Below, in pieces: positions 52,158 to 64,000 of a stretch of 64,000 nt of DNA. The DNA is taken from positions 6,014,001 to 6,078,000 of the forward strand of contig NW_025963924.1 of assembly GCF_023055435.1 (NCBI RefSeq), in the 5' to 3' direction. Source of the DNA: Haliotis rufescens (lineage: Eukaryota). Made by a program: the position numbers and the translations under genes. Numbering within the stretch: position 1 is the stretch's first letter; every line of letters begins with the position of its first letter. Below the pieces are notes generated by a model. That model ran no database searches, had not been told where the DNA came from, and worked only from the letters and a program-made list of their open reading frames with translations.

Positions 52158-55100
52158 GGGGCTGTTGATGAGATCCAAACCGTCTACAAGAAAGCTGATG
52201 CATTAACATGTTGGAGCTGATCAGTAAACGAAATTTCGGGTGTTGTGTGTTAAACAGGTTGGTGTGACTTAAAGAGCGATTCAGATATTTTAATATGAGA
52301 AATATTGATATTTTGAATGACATGTAAATGACTGTTTGGAATGTGTTTTAAAAGTACAAGTTTGGATATGACTCCAATCACTTCTTGTATCCATAATATC
52401 TTTATGTCCTAGTTTGTAAGTCAGCTACTTCAAATTCGGCAGCACCTGTCTATGGTCTTGCCTGTATAGTCCTACAGATAAAGGTCAGCCATATGGAATT
52501 TGTATGGCTTGTAGAACTGAAGTTAAAACGGTGAATACAACATATTTATTAAATATAATTATACTGGTATGTTTTATCTAACTAATATTCCACTAATAGT
52601 TAGATTAAAAGAGGTATCTCACGATTACTCCAAACTACAAAAGTACAGCTTTAATACGGCTAAAAGTGACGGAAATGTTTCTTCGGTATTGGCTCGTCAC
52701 CTCAAGTTGGCTCTGTTGACTATAAATAGAACACAAACGAGTTTCGTATATTTTAAGGATCCAGATTCAGTGTGTGCCCAGTTATGTTTGTTGGTATTCT
52801 GGGAAGGAAAATAATCAACAGCGTCCCTCTCACTTTTGTGTTCAGTAAAAAGAATGAAGAAATAATTTATTATCTTTATGCAGCATTATAATTAAAATGA
52901 ATGTAAGCTTACCTTCACAGAGCTGGACCTGTTCACGGGCAGGTGCTTGTTGTAGTTACGCTTCAGGCGTCTTGAGTGCAGCATACGCTGTCCCTGTAAC
53001 AAACAGGCGTTATCAGTGTGGAATATGGAATGAATGTTGCGCATTAAAAGTCGCTATTCTTCAGTTGACGTGAAGCGTCATTTGTCTACCACTTCACTAT
53101 AGGATTTAAATGTCTGTGTATATTTAGATATGGGAAATGCACAAGTGGTTATCTGAACAGATATGTTTTTTCAAGTGCAAGGATTCATTAACTGTTCGCG
53201 TTTTGTGAAGCGCCTGTTGTACATACACTCAAGGACACACCCAGGCACGAACGCACGCAAGCTTCTTAAGTCGAGAGCCGTAAATGTGGATGGAACGCGT
53301 TAAGGTGTTGATCCAGGTCTCATGAAGTGTGCATACGTGGTGGTTGTCAAGGTATCACTGACATAAATGTCGAATGCAATTCCCTGTTTTGACTTGTTCC
53401 AAATGTTCCTGTGTTTTTTCAGGTGAACAATTTACCTTTACCTGTATTTGTCATGGGTGCCACTGGTAGGGCGGGATAACACTCACCTGGCATCATCACT
53501 ATTTTTGTCACTGATGGGTCAAATTTGGAAATGTCCTCCACATGTCTACCATACAACTTTGCTTTGAAAGCTTTGCTGAGGTCTTGTATGTTGTAACATT
53601 GATTAAACCACTTATGAGAAAGAATGGCATGACGCTCTTTGAAATATTCACAGAAAGAACATGCTCGAATGTACCTCAAAAGTACTGAAATGTAAACAGT
53701 GAAGGCTGACTATTGGAAAGTTCAAGCCATCCCTCTTGTCATTCAGTCTTGTGGAGGAGTTTTTTGTCACCCTGAATCTTTAAATGTAGTATAAAACACG
53801 TCGGAGTGTTTGGGGAGTTTCAAAACCGGAATCCAAGGGATAAAAACCAAATGGCGTCGGCCCCGAGGTTTTATCCTAAGGTTGAGGGTTTTAAATCTCA
53901 TAGAAACCTGATGGTAAGTGTTTTATCCCTCTTGACATCCCTCTTGACATCCCTCTTATCATAAAGTATTGTGGATGGTGTTTTGTCAAACTGAATCTCT
54001 ATGCGTTGATCTAAAGATGAAAAAGATTAGGCAGTATCACTCGTCTGCTTTTATTTCTAGCTCAGGTGGGTACATCTGTGGAAGGGAAATGGCTATTTCA
54101 CCATTATTGAACGATTTTAGACCACTAATATACCTGATGCTTAAGTTCAACTTCTTGGCCAAATTCCCTTTTCACAATCTGAGCAGACCTTCCTCTTCAT
54201 GTGTATAAAGAAACAGATGAGCAAGATGGGGAGCACAATTGGTGCCCATGGGGATGCCTACCAAATTTTACATAGATGTTATCAAAGACATCATATGTTG
54301 TTTTCTCAATGTACGTCAGATAACATTTTCTTTTATATTCCACAAATTCTCCCGAACCTCTAACGATAGAGATATAACTATATCAATAGCCACCGCGTTT
54401 AGTAACAAATGCCCTATGAATCAAAGAATTATGTTTTCGTGTGGATGACAAGCACAGCTATTGACAATGGATCGGGCGATCCTGAGGCTCTGACGATTCA
54501 GTATACACGTGGAAGATGCCCACTTACGTTAATTTAACCCAGACCATGTACATGTTAGGGAAATAGTCCAATGATTTACTAATTTCATCTCTGATTTTTT
54601 TAGGGGGGAACAAGAAAAATGATGCGGAAGAGGCAGGAGTACTGTTGTGCGGCTTCAGACAACAGACACCTACTTTTTATGCAAATTGTTGATGCTGGTG
54701 CTACCTGTGCAGCAGAATGTGATTTCCCTTCTCGCGAATACCTGGTGTCATCACTTATTTTCTGGCCCGTGAAGATCCGGGGCAGAATAGGTCTCAGGCA
54801 ACCCATGCTTGCCATGAAAGGCGACTATGCTTGTCGTAAGGCCACTAACTGTGGTCAGACTCACTGAATTGGTTGATGGATGTTATCGATCCCAATTGCG
54901 TGGATCGATGCTCATGATGTCAATCACTTGATTGTCTGGTCCAGACTCGATTATTTACAGACCGCCGTCATATAGCTGGAATATTGCTGAGTGCGGCGTT
55001 AAACAACAAACAAACACTTATTTTCTGTGTTTCATTCATATCATCGTCACCGCTATTTTGCCTTTCACACCGAATGGAATCTGTTTTGTCATATAATCGA

Positions 55101-55709
55101 GACTGGGTATTGTCTGCCCTTGAAGTTATTTGTATATATATATATGTGTATATGTATAAACTGCCATGTAGATTGCTCCACCTTACGGCCAAGGGGGTAG
55201 GTTTAGTCTTGTAAACGCAGTTACCCCTGATGATATATTTGCCCTATGGGGATATATAGGTGCCGACAAATGCATACATTGTTGATATACTCTTTAATTT
55301 CAGTTGACATTGTGATTTTAAAAATAACATATATTTTATGAACACCTGCAGGCACGCAAGTTAACGTCAAAGACAGGTGTCCCCGTTCCGTTATCGTGGC
55401 ATTGGCCAGTGTAGACCAGTCGCTGATTAACGCACACAACGTAGAAAGAAGAGCCAGGGCGGTTTTCGTAGGCGTTGAGGCCGTCAGGAAGGAACCTGCA
55501 GGTTGGGTTGTTGACGAAACACGGTGGTCCACAGTTGACTGACCCGAAACACGCGTACCGGGCATACTCGCCTGGAAACAGACATACCACAGATCCACCT
55601 AAAGTTGTCATTTGAAACCGAACACTGACTAACAACAAGTGCGTGTCCGTTTGGTTTCAAATGAAAGAAATAGCGGGATCAAGTTTAAAAAATCAGTTCT
55701 CTAATTTGA

Positions 55710-55966
55710 TTTGGTTGGTTTGTTGTTTAACGCCACACTCAGCAATAATCCAGCTATATGACGGCGGTCTGTAAATAATCGAATCTGGACTACACAATCC
55801 AGTGATTGATATCATGAGCATCGATCCACGCAATTGGGATCGATGACATGCATCAACCAAATCAGCGAGCCTGACCACCCGATCCCGTTAGTCGCCTCTT
55901 ACGACACGCATGGTCGCCTTTTACGGCAAGCATGGGTTGCTGAAGACCTATAATTCTACCACGGGT
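55710..55966 (-). mobile_element. SINE family A in intron 2 of gene G (others 17435-17603, 49255-49455, 60304-60547)
   Basis: Consensus match; absent from genes B and D. Confidence 0.85.
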
Positions 55967-56687
55967 CTCGTTGCTTGGATATACGGAGCCTTTTCTGTGT
56001 ATTGTATTGTGATGTTTAGTGGCGCATGCTGTTTTGGTATATATGTAGGGATTGGCGGCAAACGAGTGAACTGCTGGTATAAAAAATATCAAGTGCTGCT
56101 GTGGCCAGATTTGAACAGCAGTCAACAGCAGCGAAAGAAGCTTTACAGAATCGTTTAGTACTAGAATTAGAGTTGTCTGTCCTTATTGGGTACGTGAACA
56201 TGACAGGCTAGCTAACTGCAGCTTGGATATCTATTTGGAAACACTGAATTCCTGCCACTGTCCAACATTATTCTGGACTGAAGAACTGACAAACCCTTTA
56301 AAGACATTCAACTGAACACTCATGCATATTCTCAACATTTGTTGGTGAACTGACATTAATTCTTCGGCATGTTACTTATTGCTGTTGTCACCCTCTTTAC
56401 CTTTTGTATTGAATGCCTTCTCGTTGACTGTAACCCCCAAACCCTGTGTTTCAATATAAGTTATTAATCATGTGTGGTCACATACTGACTTCACAATTAA
56501 GTTGTGTACGTACCAATATCTGGGTTAACCTCTGGATTTTAATTTGGAAATCACCCCTTAGCAGTCAGTTAGGGTACATTGCAACATTCTATATTTCTGC
56601 GATCGTAATGCTCGTGTGTGTGTGTGTGTCTATATATATATACATATATAACATCTTTGTTCGTGTTAAAGCATGGCAACACAAGGA

Positions 56688-56976
56688 GTGAGTGAGTGAG
56701 TGAGTTGGGTTTAAAGCCGCTTTTAACAGACGTATTCCAGTTATATCACGGCGTGTCCGCTTAATGTGGGAGGAAAGCCCGAAGTGGTGCAGGTCTCAGA
56801 CGTTTACCACTTCGGTGAAACCCACGAGCATGGGTATGGTGCTGACAAACCTAGAAACATAATCGGGGCGAACCGGAATTCGAACCCACAATCATATATT
56901 TCTGGCGTGCCCAAGGGACGCAACTCTGCACAGCGAATCGCGGCGCCTTAGAACGACTGGGCCACCCGTGCACCCG
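56688..56976 (-). mobile_element. tRNA-headed SINE family C, full length
   Basis: A box TGGCCCAGTCG, B box GGTTCGAATTCC, (ACTC)n tail, TSD GGCAACACAAGGA. Confidence 0.8.
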
Positions 56977-57168
56977 GCAACACAAGGAACAATCATCTAT
57001 TATTGTTATCTGTGAATTATCAACTCAAATGTCTTCACTTTTTCCAATAGAAATGAATCAACGCATCATTGTGTGTATGGACAAAATGTTGCAACTACTG
57101 TGAAGCGCGTTCAGCCATTGGCCAGTAAGTAAGGATTGCTGTAGTTAACAACTGTTAAAAGGTATATA

Positions 57169-57378
57169 CCGTATTCGACGTAATAAGCGTCCCGCTCTAA
57201 TAAGCGCCCACGGCGATATTTGCTAATATATTGGCTAGTGAACAATCCCAATTAACACCCCTTCCGATTGATCAATGTACACAAGACTTATTTATTCGCG
57301 TATAATACGCACTCGTATTTCTAATACCCATATTTATAATTTTGATAGCGCCCTGGGCGCTTATTACGTCGAATACGG
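57169..57378. mobile_element. Tc1/pogo-type MITE
   Basis: TIR CCGTATTCGACGTAATAAGCG / CGCTTATTACGTCGAATACGG, TA duplication; empty site in gene B at ~15050. Confidence 0.85.
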
Positions 57379-57804
57379 TATGTATATTCATGTTCTTGGC
57401 TTCTATCGAAACGAAGAGGAAGCCTGGGCACTCACATTTTCCCATGGCTCCATTCTGCTGCCTCACGTGACCATGCTGTAGTGCTCACATCTCTGTGTTC
57501 CAGGGTTGTACAGCTGCGGGTGGGGACATTCCTGTAGGTTCTTCCCCAAGATGATGCGGTTAAATTTCATGGCTGGGGCGCTACAATTGTAGTACTGGGC
57601 ACACTTTGTGGGGTGGGGTATTAGCGTCTCCGTCGTCGTGTTGCAAATGGGGTTCACGTCGCTTGTCGGTGCAATCAATGCTGATACTGGAATCAGTGTG
57701 AAGTGGCAGGTTGAAACTAGTTTGCAAGTGGGAAGTCAACTCCACCCCTCGTTACCGTGCCACCAAACACACTGCATCCTTCTCTCTCCTTGCTCACCTC
57801 TTAC

Positions 57805-57985
57805 TGACCGCCTCCGTGGTCTAGTGGTAGAGCGTCCGCCCGGAGAGTGGAAGGTGGCCGCGTCATACCAAAAAGACGTTAAAAGATGGTACTGTTTCTG
57901 AGTGGGGTATTCATGTTAAACTGCGGCATGGTATCTCAGTGGGCTAGCACTATAAATCGGCATCAGTCCGGACTAGTACAAGCAG

Positions 57986-58066
<81 letters not shown>

Positions 58067-58110
58067 GCTATATAAGTGCAATAATCTTGGACGCAACGTT
58101 AAACCCCATT
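57805..58110 (+). mobile_element. Degenerate tRNA-SINE (Meta/MESC-like core) containing a (CA)n microsatellite at 57987-58063
   Basis: TGGTCTAGTGGTAGAGCG head and GTCATACCAAAAGACGTTAAAAGATGGTAC core. Confidence 0.55.
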
Positions 58111-61100
58111 TCACCACCTCACCTCACCTCACCTCACCTCACCTCACCTCACCTCACCTCTTACTTCCGCTAAACAGCACAGTGAATCTTAGCCTCTCTT
58201 ACACGATCACCTCACCTCACCTCACCTCACCTCACCTCCGCCGACAAACGATCCTCACCGCATTCTTGCCACCTACCCTCCCTAACCTTTGCCCAACATT
58301 ACACTGAAAACAAACACACAGTAAACACACAAAGACAGCACAACACAAACACACATACTATACACAGGAAACACACATTGCAACACACATACAACACACA
58401 CCAAACATACATCACATTGTACAAGAGAAAACCCCAAAAATAAGCACAGCACATACACACGACCACTACACACCGATACCATAACCACCAAACACATCAC
58501 ATAATAGACACCACAAAAAAACATAGCACAACACAGGCACAGACATACAAGAACACAACACACATATACTTTACACACACACGGAGGCAACACACAACAT
58601 GCCCACACAACACATACATCACGCACAACACAATACAACATCTTTAAAACATTGAATCATGCTCACATGATTCCAGGGCGACCAGCAACAACATCAGGAA
58701 GTACAACACTCGACACTCACACATAATGGGGCTGCAGAAGAGATACAAATCGTCTACAAGAAAACTTATGCATTAAGTCGTATGCGATCATCTGGTTGGA
58801 TAAAACGAAATTTCACTTGTATTTTAAAACGATTGGTGTTACTCAGAGCTAGATCTGTATATTTTAATATAATAACAAATTCGTATTGTGTAGAACATGT
58901 AAATGGTCGTTTGGAATGTGTTTTAAAAGTACAATTTTGATTTGGTTGGTTGGTTTGTTGTTTAACGCTGCACTCAGCAATATTCCAGCTATATGACGGC
59001 GGTCTGTAAATAATCGAGTCTGGACTAGACAATCCAGTGATAAATATCATGAGCATCGATCCACGCAATTGGGATCGATGACATGCATCAACCAAGTCAG
59101 CGAGCCTGACCACCCGATCCCGTTAGTCGCCTTTTACTACAAGCATAGTCGCCTTTTAAGGCAAGCATGGGTTGCTGAAGACCTATTCTATCCCGGAATC
59201 TTCACGGGTCTACAAGTTTGAATATGACTCCAATCACTTCCTGTATCCATAATGATCATAATGTCCTTATGTCTCAGTGTGTCAGTCAGAAACTTCAAAT
59301 TCGGCCACACTCGGTTATCTTGGGTTAAGAAGAAAACAGCTGTCTCCCGTCTTGTCTGTATAGCTCTTCAGACAATGGTCAGCGTAAGTTAAATTCCACT
59401 TCCATTTATTATTTTGTCAATACGTGTAGAACTGAAGCTAAAACTGTAAATATTTATTGAATATACTTGTACTGGCATGCTTTATCTAACTTAAATTCCA
59501 CTTCCATTTGTTATTTTTATGCAGCCTGATTAACATAAATCACAGCTTACCTTATCAACGCTATAACCGATATAGTGCAGGTGCTTGTGGTGTCTTGACT
59601 ATAGGATTAAATGTCATTGTATATTAGATAAGAAAAATGCGCATATTCTTATCTGAACAACAGATGGGTTTTTTATGTGCAAGGATATATTGGGTCTCCC
59701 TGTGCTGTAAAGTCTATTGTACATACATGGACAGACACAGATACGCACAGACGCACGCACGGACACGGTTTTGCCTGCACAAGGCACACAGTCATCACAG
59801 ATCATGAGTTTCATTTGTTCTAAGTAATTCACGATCTTCTCAATGAAACACTGTAACCTATATTTGGGAATGAAGTTATTTTTCTCTTTGTTGTTTATTG
59901 ATGCAATCAGCCAATAATCAGCTACATGGCAAGGAGCATGTAAATGACTGAGTTTGAACCACACAATCAAGTGATATATATTTTGGGGAGGGGGACACGC
60001 AATCAAACGAGTCAAAGAGCCTGACCATCAGATCAAGTTAGTAGCTTCTCACTACCAGCATAACAGTTTGTCTTTTATTGAAATTGAACAGGGCCTGTCT
60101 CATTTCATTTTTATATCATTACCATTTCTTAGTGTGACACAATCAGTATCGTTAACAGCTGATATAATTGACAGCCGTTGTGTACGTCTGGTACGCGTAA
60201 AGGTGTTCATCCACCTGCCGTTATATGCGTCTACGTTGAGCTTATCAAAATCTCTATGAAGACGAGTTAAATGTCTGCGTGTCTGCCCAGTCAATAGATG
60301 AAAGACCCGTGAAGATCCGGGGTAGAATAGGTCTTCAGCAACCCATGCATGCCGTAAAAGGCGACTGTGCTTGTCGTAAGGCCCCTAACGGGATCAGGTG
60401 GTCAGGCTCACTGACTTGGTTGATGCATGTCATCAATCTCAATTGCGCTGATCGATGCTCATGATATTAATCACTGGATTGTCTGGTCGCCGTCATATAG
60501 CTGGAATATTGATGAGTGCGGAGTTAAAAAACAAACAAACCAACCAATCTTATCTTGGAGTCAGGTCAAAAGATGTTAGTACTTAGGAAACATACTGGCT
60601 TGTCGCATTAGTTGATATGTCACTTGTCCCAATTTCTTTCATCAACAAATCATGTAGTGAGGGTAACTTTTTATAGTTATAATATTTCAGGTCTTGTCAG
60701 TGGAAATGGCTACACACTTTTCATGTAGCCAGCTGGCTGGGACAAAATGAGTTTATTACAATTCTGTTACCCCTTTTTTAGTTTTTGCATTCTACTAATG
60801 ATAACATCAAGCACTGACTTAAAACACCATAGTTATTAGTTGTTGCAAGCAATAATCGACCTCCTCAATGAAACACTAGAGTCTATATTTTGGAATAAGC
60901 GGTAACACACGGTTATTTTGTTTAGAACCACATTGTGTCATAATACCTATCATAAAGACTTTTTCTTAATACTTTAATTTTTCTTGTAGAATGGATGAAA
61001 ACACAAACAATCAGTTTGGGTCAGAGTGTAGTGCGTTCGCGTGCCGTTTAAATTTGTAATTTATATATTAAGGATAGGGTGTGTTATTCATTTATCGTAA

Positions 61101-61669
61101 TGATTAACAGTAAAGGTGCATATGGTAAGGTTTGATATATAGTTCAGGCGTGTGAAGGAAACTGTGGACACAATCACAGCGTTTGTTGTAAACATCTTCT
61201 TTTCTTTTAAAGGGGGAGTGTTTGTGTCCCTCAGTTTCTGGACCAGCCAACCCAGAAAAAAAGACGTAAAAATAATGTCTTCCCCTGGCTTCATCCACTG
61301 TCATCATTGTTTGTTGTCTCTGTTGTGTTTGTCAAGGCAAAGTTGTATTTAACCTCAACTAAACAACTACACAGCCGGGCAAAGGAAAGTACACGCACAT
61401 GTTTGATGGTTGCTAGAAATAATTATTCGATGGTGAAGTATAACACGGTTCTCATAGTGTCTATTTACCTTTGCAGTATTTCGGCGACTGTTTTAAACCT
61501 TGCAATTGAACTGTGTTCATAACGTTTGTTATTTTGGGTCAAATCTAATTGTCACGTGTAAACGTCCATTGGCCTGGCAGTTTATGTCCTGGTGGTTTAT
61601 CACTAGCTTGATAAAGTTACCGGTATCTGTAGCGAAACGTCGCACTGAAAGAATAGAAAAGTTGAGCTC

Positions 61670-62762
61670 ATGTCTTGGTCTCGACAGTTGCAGTCTTGGT
61701 CTAGACAGGTGCAGTCTTGGTCTAGACAGTTGCAGTCTTGTTCCAGACAGTTGCAGTCTTGTTCTAGACAGTTGCAGTCTTGTTCTAGACAGTTGCAGTC
61801 AGTTACAGTCTTGTTCTAGACAGTTGCAGTCTTGTTCCAGTCAGTTACAGTCTTGTTCTAGACAGTTACAGTCTTGTTCTAGACAGTTGCAGTCTTGTTC
61901 TAGACAGTTGCAGTCTTGTTCTAGACAGTTGCAGTCTTGTTCTAGACAGTTACAGTCCTGTTCTAGACAGTTACAGTCCTGTTTTAGACAGTTACAGTCT
62001 TGTTCTAGACAGTTACAGTCTTGTTCTAGACAGTTACAGTCCTGTTCTAGACAGTTGCAGTCTTGTGCTAGACAGTTACAGTCCTGTTCTAGACAGTTAC
62101 AGTCCTGTTCTAGACAGTTACAGTCTTGTTCTAGACAGTGACAGTCTTGTTCTAGACAGTTGCAGTCTTGTTCTAGACAGTTGCAGTCTTGTTCTAGACA
62201 GTTGCAGTCTTGTTCTAGACAGTTGCAGTCTTGTTCTAGACAGTTATAGTCAGTTACAGTCTGGTTCTAGACAGTTACAGTCTTGTTCTAGACAGTTGCA
62301 GTCTTGTTCTAGACAGTTGCAGTCAGTTACAGTCTTGTTCTAGACAGTTGCAGTCTTGTTCCAGTCAGTTACATTCTTGTTCTAGACAGTTACAGTCTTG
62401 TTCTAGACAGTTGCAGTCTTGTTCTAGACAGTTGCAGTCTTGTTCCAGACAGTTACAGTCCTGTTCTAGACAGTTACAGTCCTGTTCTAGACAGTTACAG
62501 TCTTGTTCTAGACAGTTGCAGTCTTGTTCTAGACAGTTAGTCTTGTTCTAGACAGTTACAGTCCTGTTCTAGACAGTTGCAGTCTTGTTCTAGACAGTTA
62601 CAGTCTTGTTCTAGACAGTTACAGTCCTGTTCCAGACAGTTACAGTCTTGTTCTAGACAGTTACAGTCCTGTTCTAGACAGTTGCAGTCTTGTTCTAGAC
62701 AGTTACAGTCTTGTTCTAGACAGTAGCAATCTTGTTCTAGACAGTTGCAATCCTGTTCCAGA
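61670..62762 (+). repeat. 21-bp minisatellite, short paralogous array (~1.1 kb)
   Basis: Same unit and flanks as 33420-37925. Confidence 0.97.
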
Positions 62763-62894
62763 CACTTGTTTGATAAAGTTACCAGCATCTGTAGCGAAAC
62801 GTCGCACTGAAAGAATAGAAAAGTAACAGTCTTGTTGAAGCTGTGATGACAGCTACAGGCTCACAGATGTGTCTACAGGCACACCTTGTACAAA

Positions 62895-63495
62895 GTAATA
62901 TCACTTGGTCCCAGCTGTTCCTTACAGTCATCATCACGTGGTCACAGATGTTCCTTACAGTCATTATCACTTGGTCACAGATGTTACTTACAGTCATCAT
63001 CACTTGGTCACAGATGTTCCTTACAGTCCTCATCACTTGGTCACAGATGTTCCTTATAGTCATCATCATTTGGTCACAAATGTTCCTAACAGTCATCATC
63101 ACTTGGTCAGAGATGTTCCTTACAGTCATCATCATTTGGTCACAAATGTTCCTAACAGTCATCATCACTTGGTCACAGATGTTACTTACAGTCATCATCA
63201 CTTGGTCACAGATGTTCCTTACAGTCATCATCATTTGGTCACAAATGTTCCTAACAGTCATCATCACTTGGTCAGAGATGTTCCTTACAGTCATCATCAC
63301 TTGGTCACAGATGTTACTTACAGTCATCATCACTTGGTCACAGATGTTCCTTACAGTCATCATCACTTGGTCACAGCTGTTCCTTGGTCATCATCACTTG
63401 GTCACAGATGTTCCTTACATTCATCATCACTTGGTCACAGATGTTCCTTACAGTCATCATCACTTGGTCACAGATGTTCCTTACAGTCATCATCG
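62895..63495 (+). repeat. 33-bp minisatellite, long paralogous array (~18 units)
   Basis: Same unit as 38060-38305. Confidence 0.95.
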
Positions 63496-64000
63496 ATGAT
63501 TAAAGGTGTCTTGAGTGATGAGGCCTTACTGTATATAGAATGGCCAGGTCGTGTACATACTGTTGAGTGATGGTATGCGTACTGTGTTGAGTGAATGAGT
63601 AAATTGGGTTTGAGGGCGCTCTGAGCATTATGTGAGAAACATCCCAATGAAATATAAATTCGCAATAGTAGGACCATTTATCTTTCAGGGAGAGAGGGGA
63701 TACGATAGTTTCTGCTTCAAGTAATAAAGTTTCGTCTGACAGAATTAGCCGAACAAGGTTAATGCACGCCAAAGTCCGCCGTCAAATATCTGGAATATTG
63801 CTGACTGTGGCATTAAACATACATATGTATATAACCATGTATATACTGTTCATTCCAAACTATAGACACCTGTATTTTATTGAAAAAATCGTTAATTGCT
63901 TGGAGCAAATGAAACTCATGAAAGAATGACTGTGGTCGTGCATACGTCCATGTTAGTGTGTGTGCTAACTCAGACCCAGACCCTCTCACTCGCTCGATCA

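Larger units (their letters stand above)
55336..58724 (-). pseudogene. Gene G: B-type paralogue with nonsense codon and frameshift in exon 2; exons 58724-58667, 57686-57436, 55571-55336
   Basis: Sixth Cys codon is TGA (57465-57463), plus a 1-nt deletion near 57445. The first ATG is mutated to ATT but the second ATG is retained. Exon 3 is open. Confidence 0.82.

Noticed and set aside
57463-57465. TGA at a conserved Cys as possible selenocysteine
   Set aside because: A frameshift follows within 20 nt, the change is single-copy, and no SECIS-like element was recognised in the short 3' UTR.
62779-63570. His-rich VPYSHHHLVTD repeat ORFs (also 37942-38419)
   Set aside because: Open in several frames on both strands because the 33-bp unit lacks stops; no signal peptide or splice context.

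Overview
Eukaryotic, repeat-rich, intron-containing DNA, very likely molluscan (SINE repertoire and protein family suggest a gastropod such as abalone; inference only). The core of the window is a minus-strand tandem cluster of seven paralogous genes (A-G here), which the ORF track shows only in pieces. Each gene has a putative non-coding 5' exon, a 61-nt signal-peptide exon, a 243-261-nt exon encoding a six-Cys CBM14/peritrophin-A chitin-binding domain, and a 221-236-nt terminal exon encoding a Cys-rich linker plus a second, degenerate chitin-binding-like domain. Both coding introns are phase 1 with GT-AG ends. Four copies (A, C, E, F; 179-185 aa) are intact. Three (B, D, G) each carry a different lesion in exon 2. 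The protein resembles a stand-alone version of the tandem chitin-binding module of molluscan Pif/BMSP-type proteins. The paralogues have a hypervariable loop, coding divergence well above that of flanking non-coding DNA, and exon-level mosaicism. The cluster was built from nested ~13-kb and ~28-kb segmental duplications and probably continues past both window edges. The rest is decayed or nested Tc1/mariner elements, Penelope-like and I/Nimb-type retroelement fragments, several SINE families, MITEs and 21-bp/33-bp minisatellites. One SINE lacks a tRNA head and has a sharp, structured 5' end that is a ribozyme candidate. All counts and alignments were done by eye.
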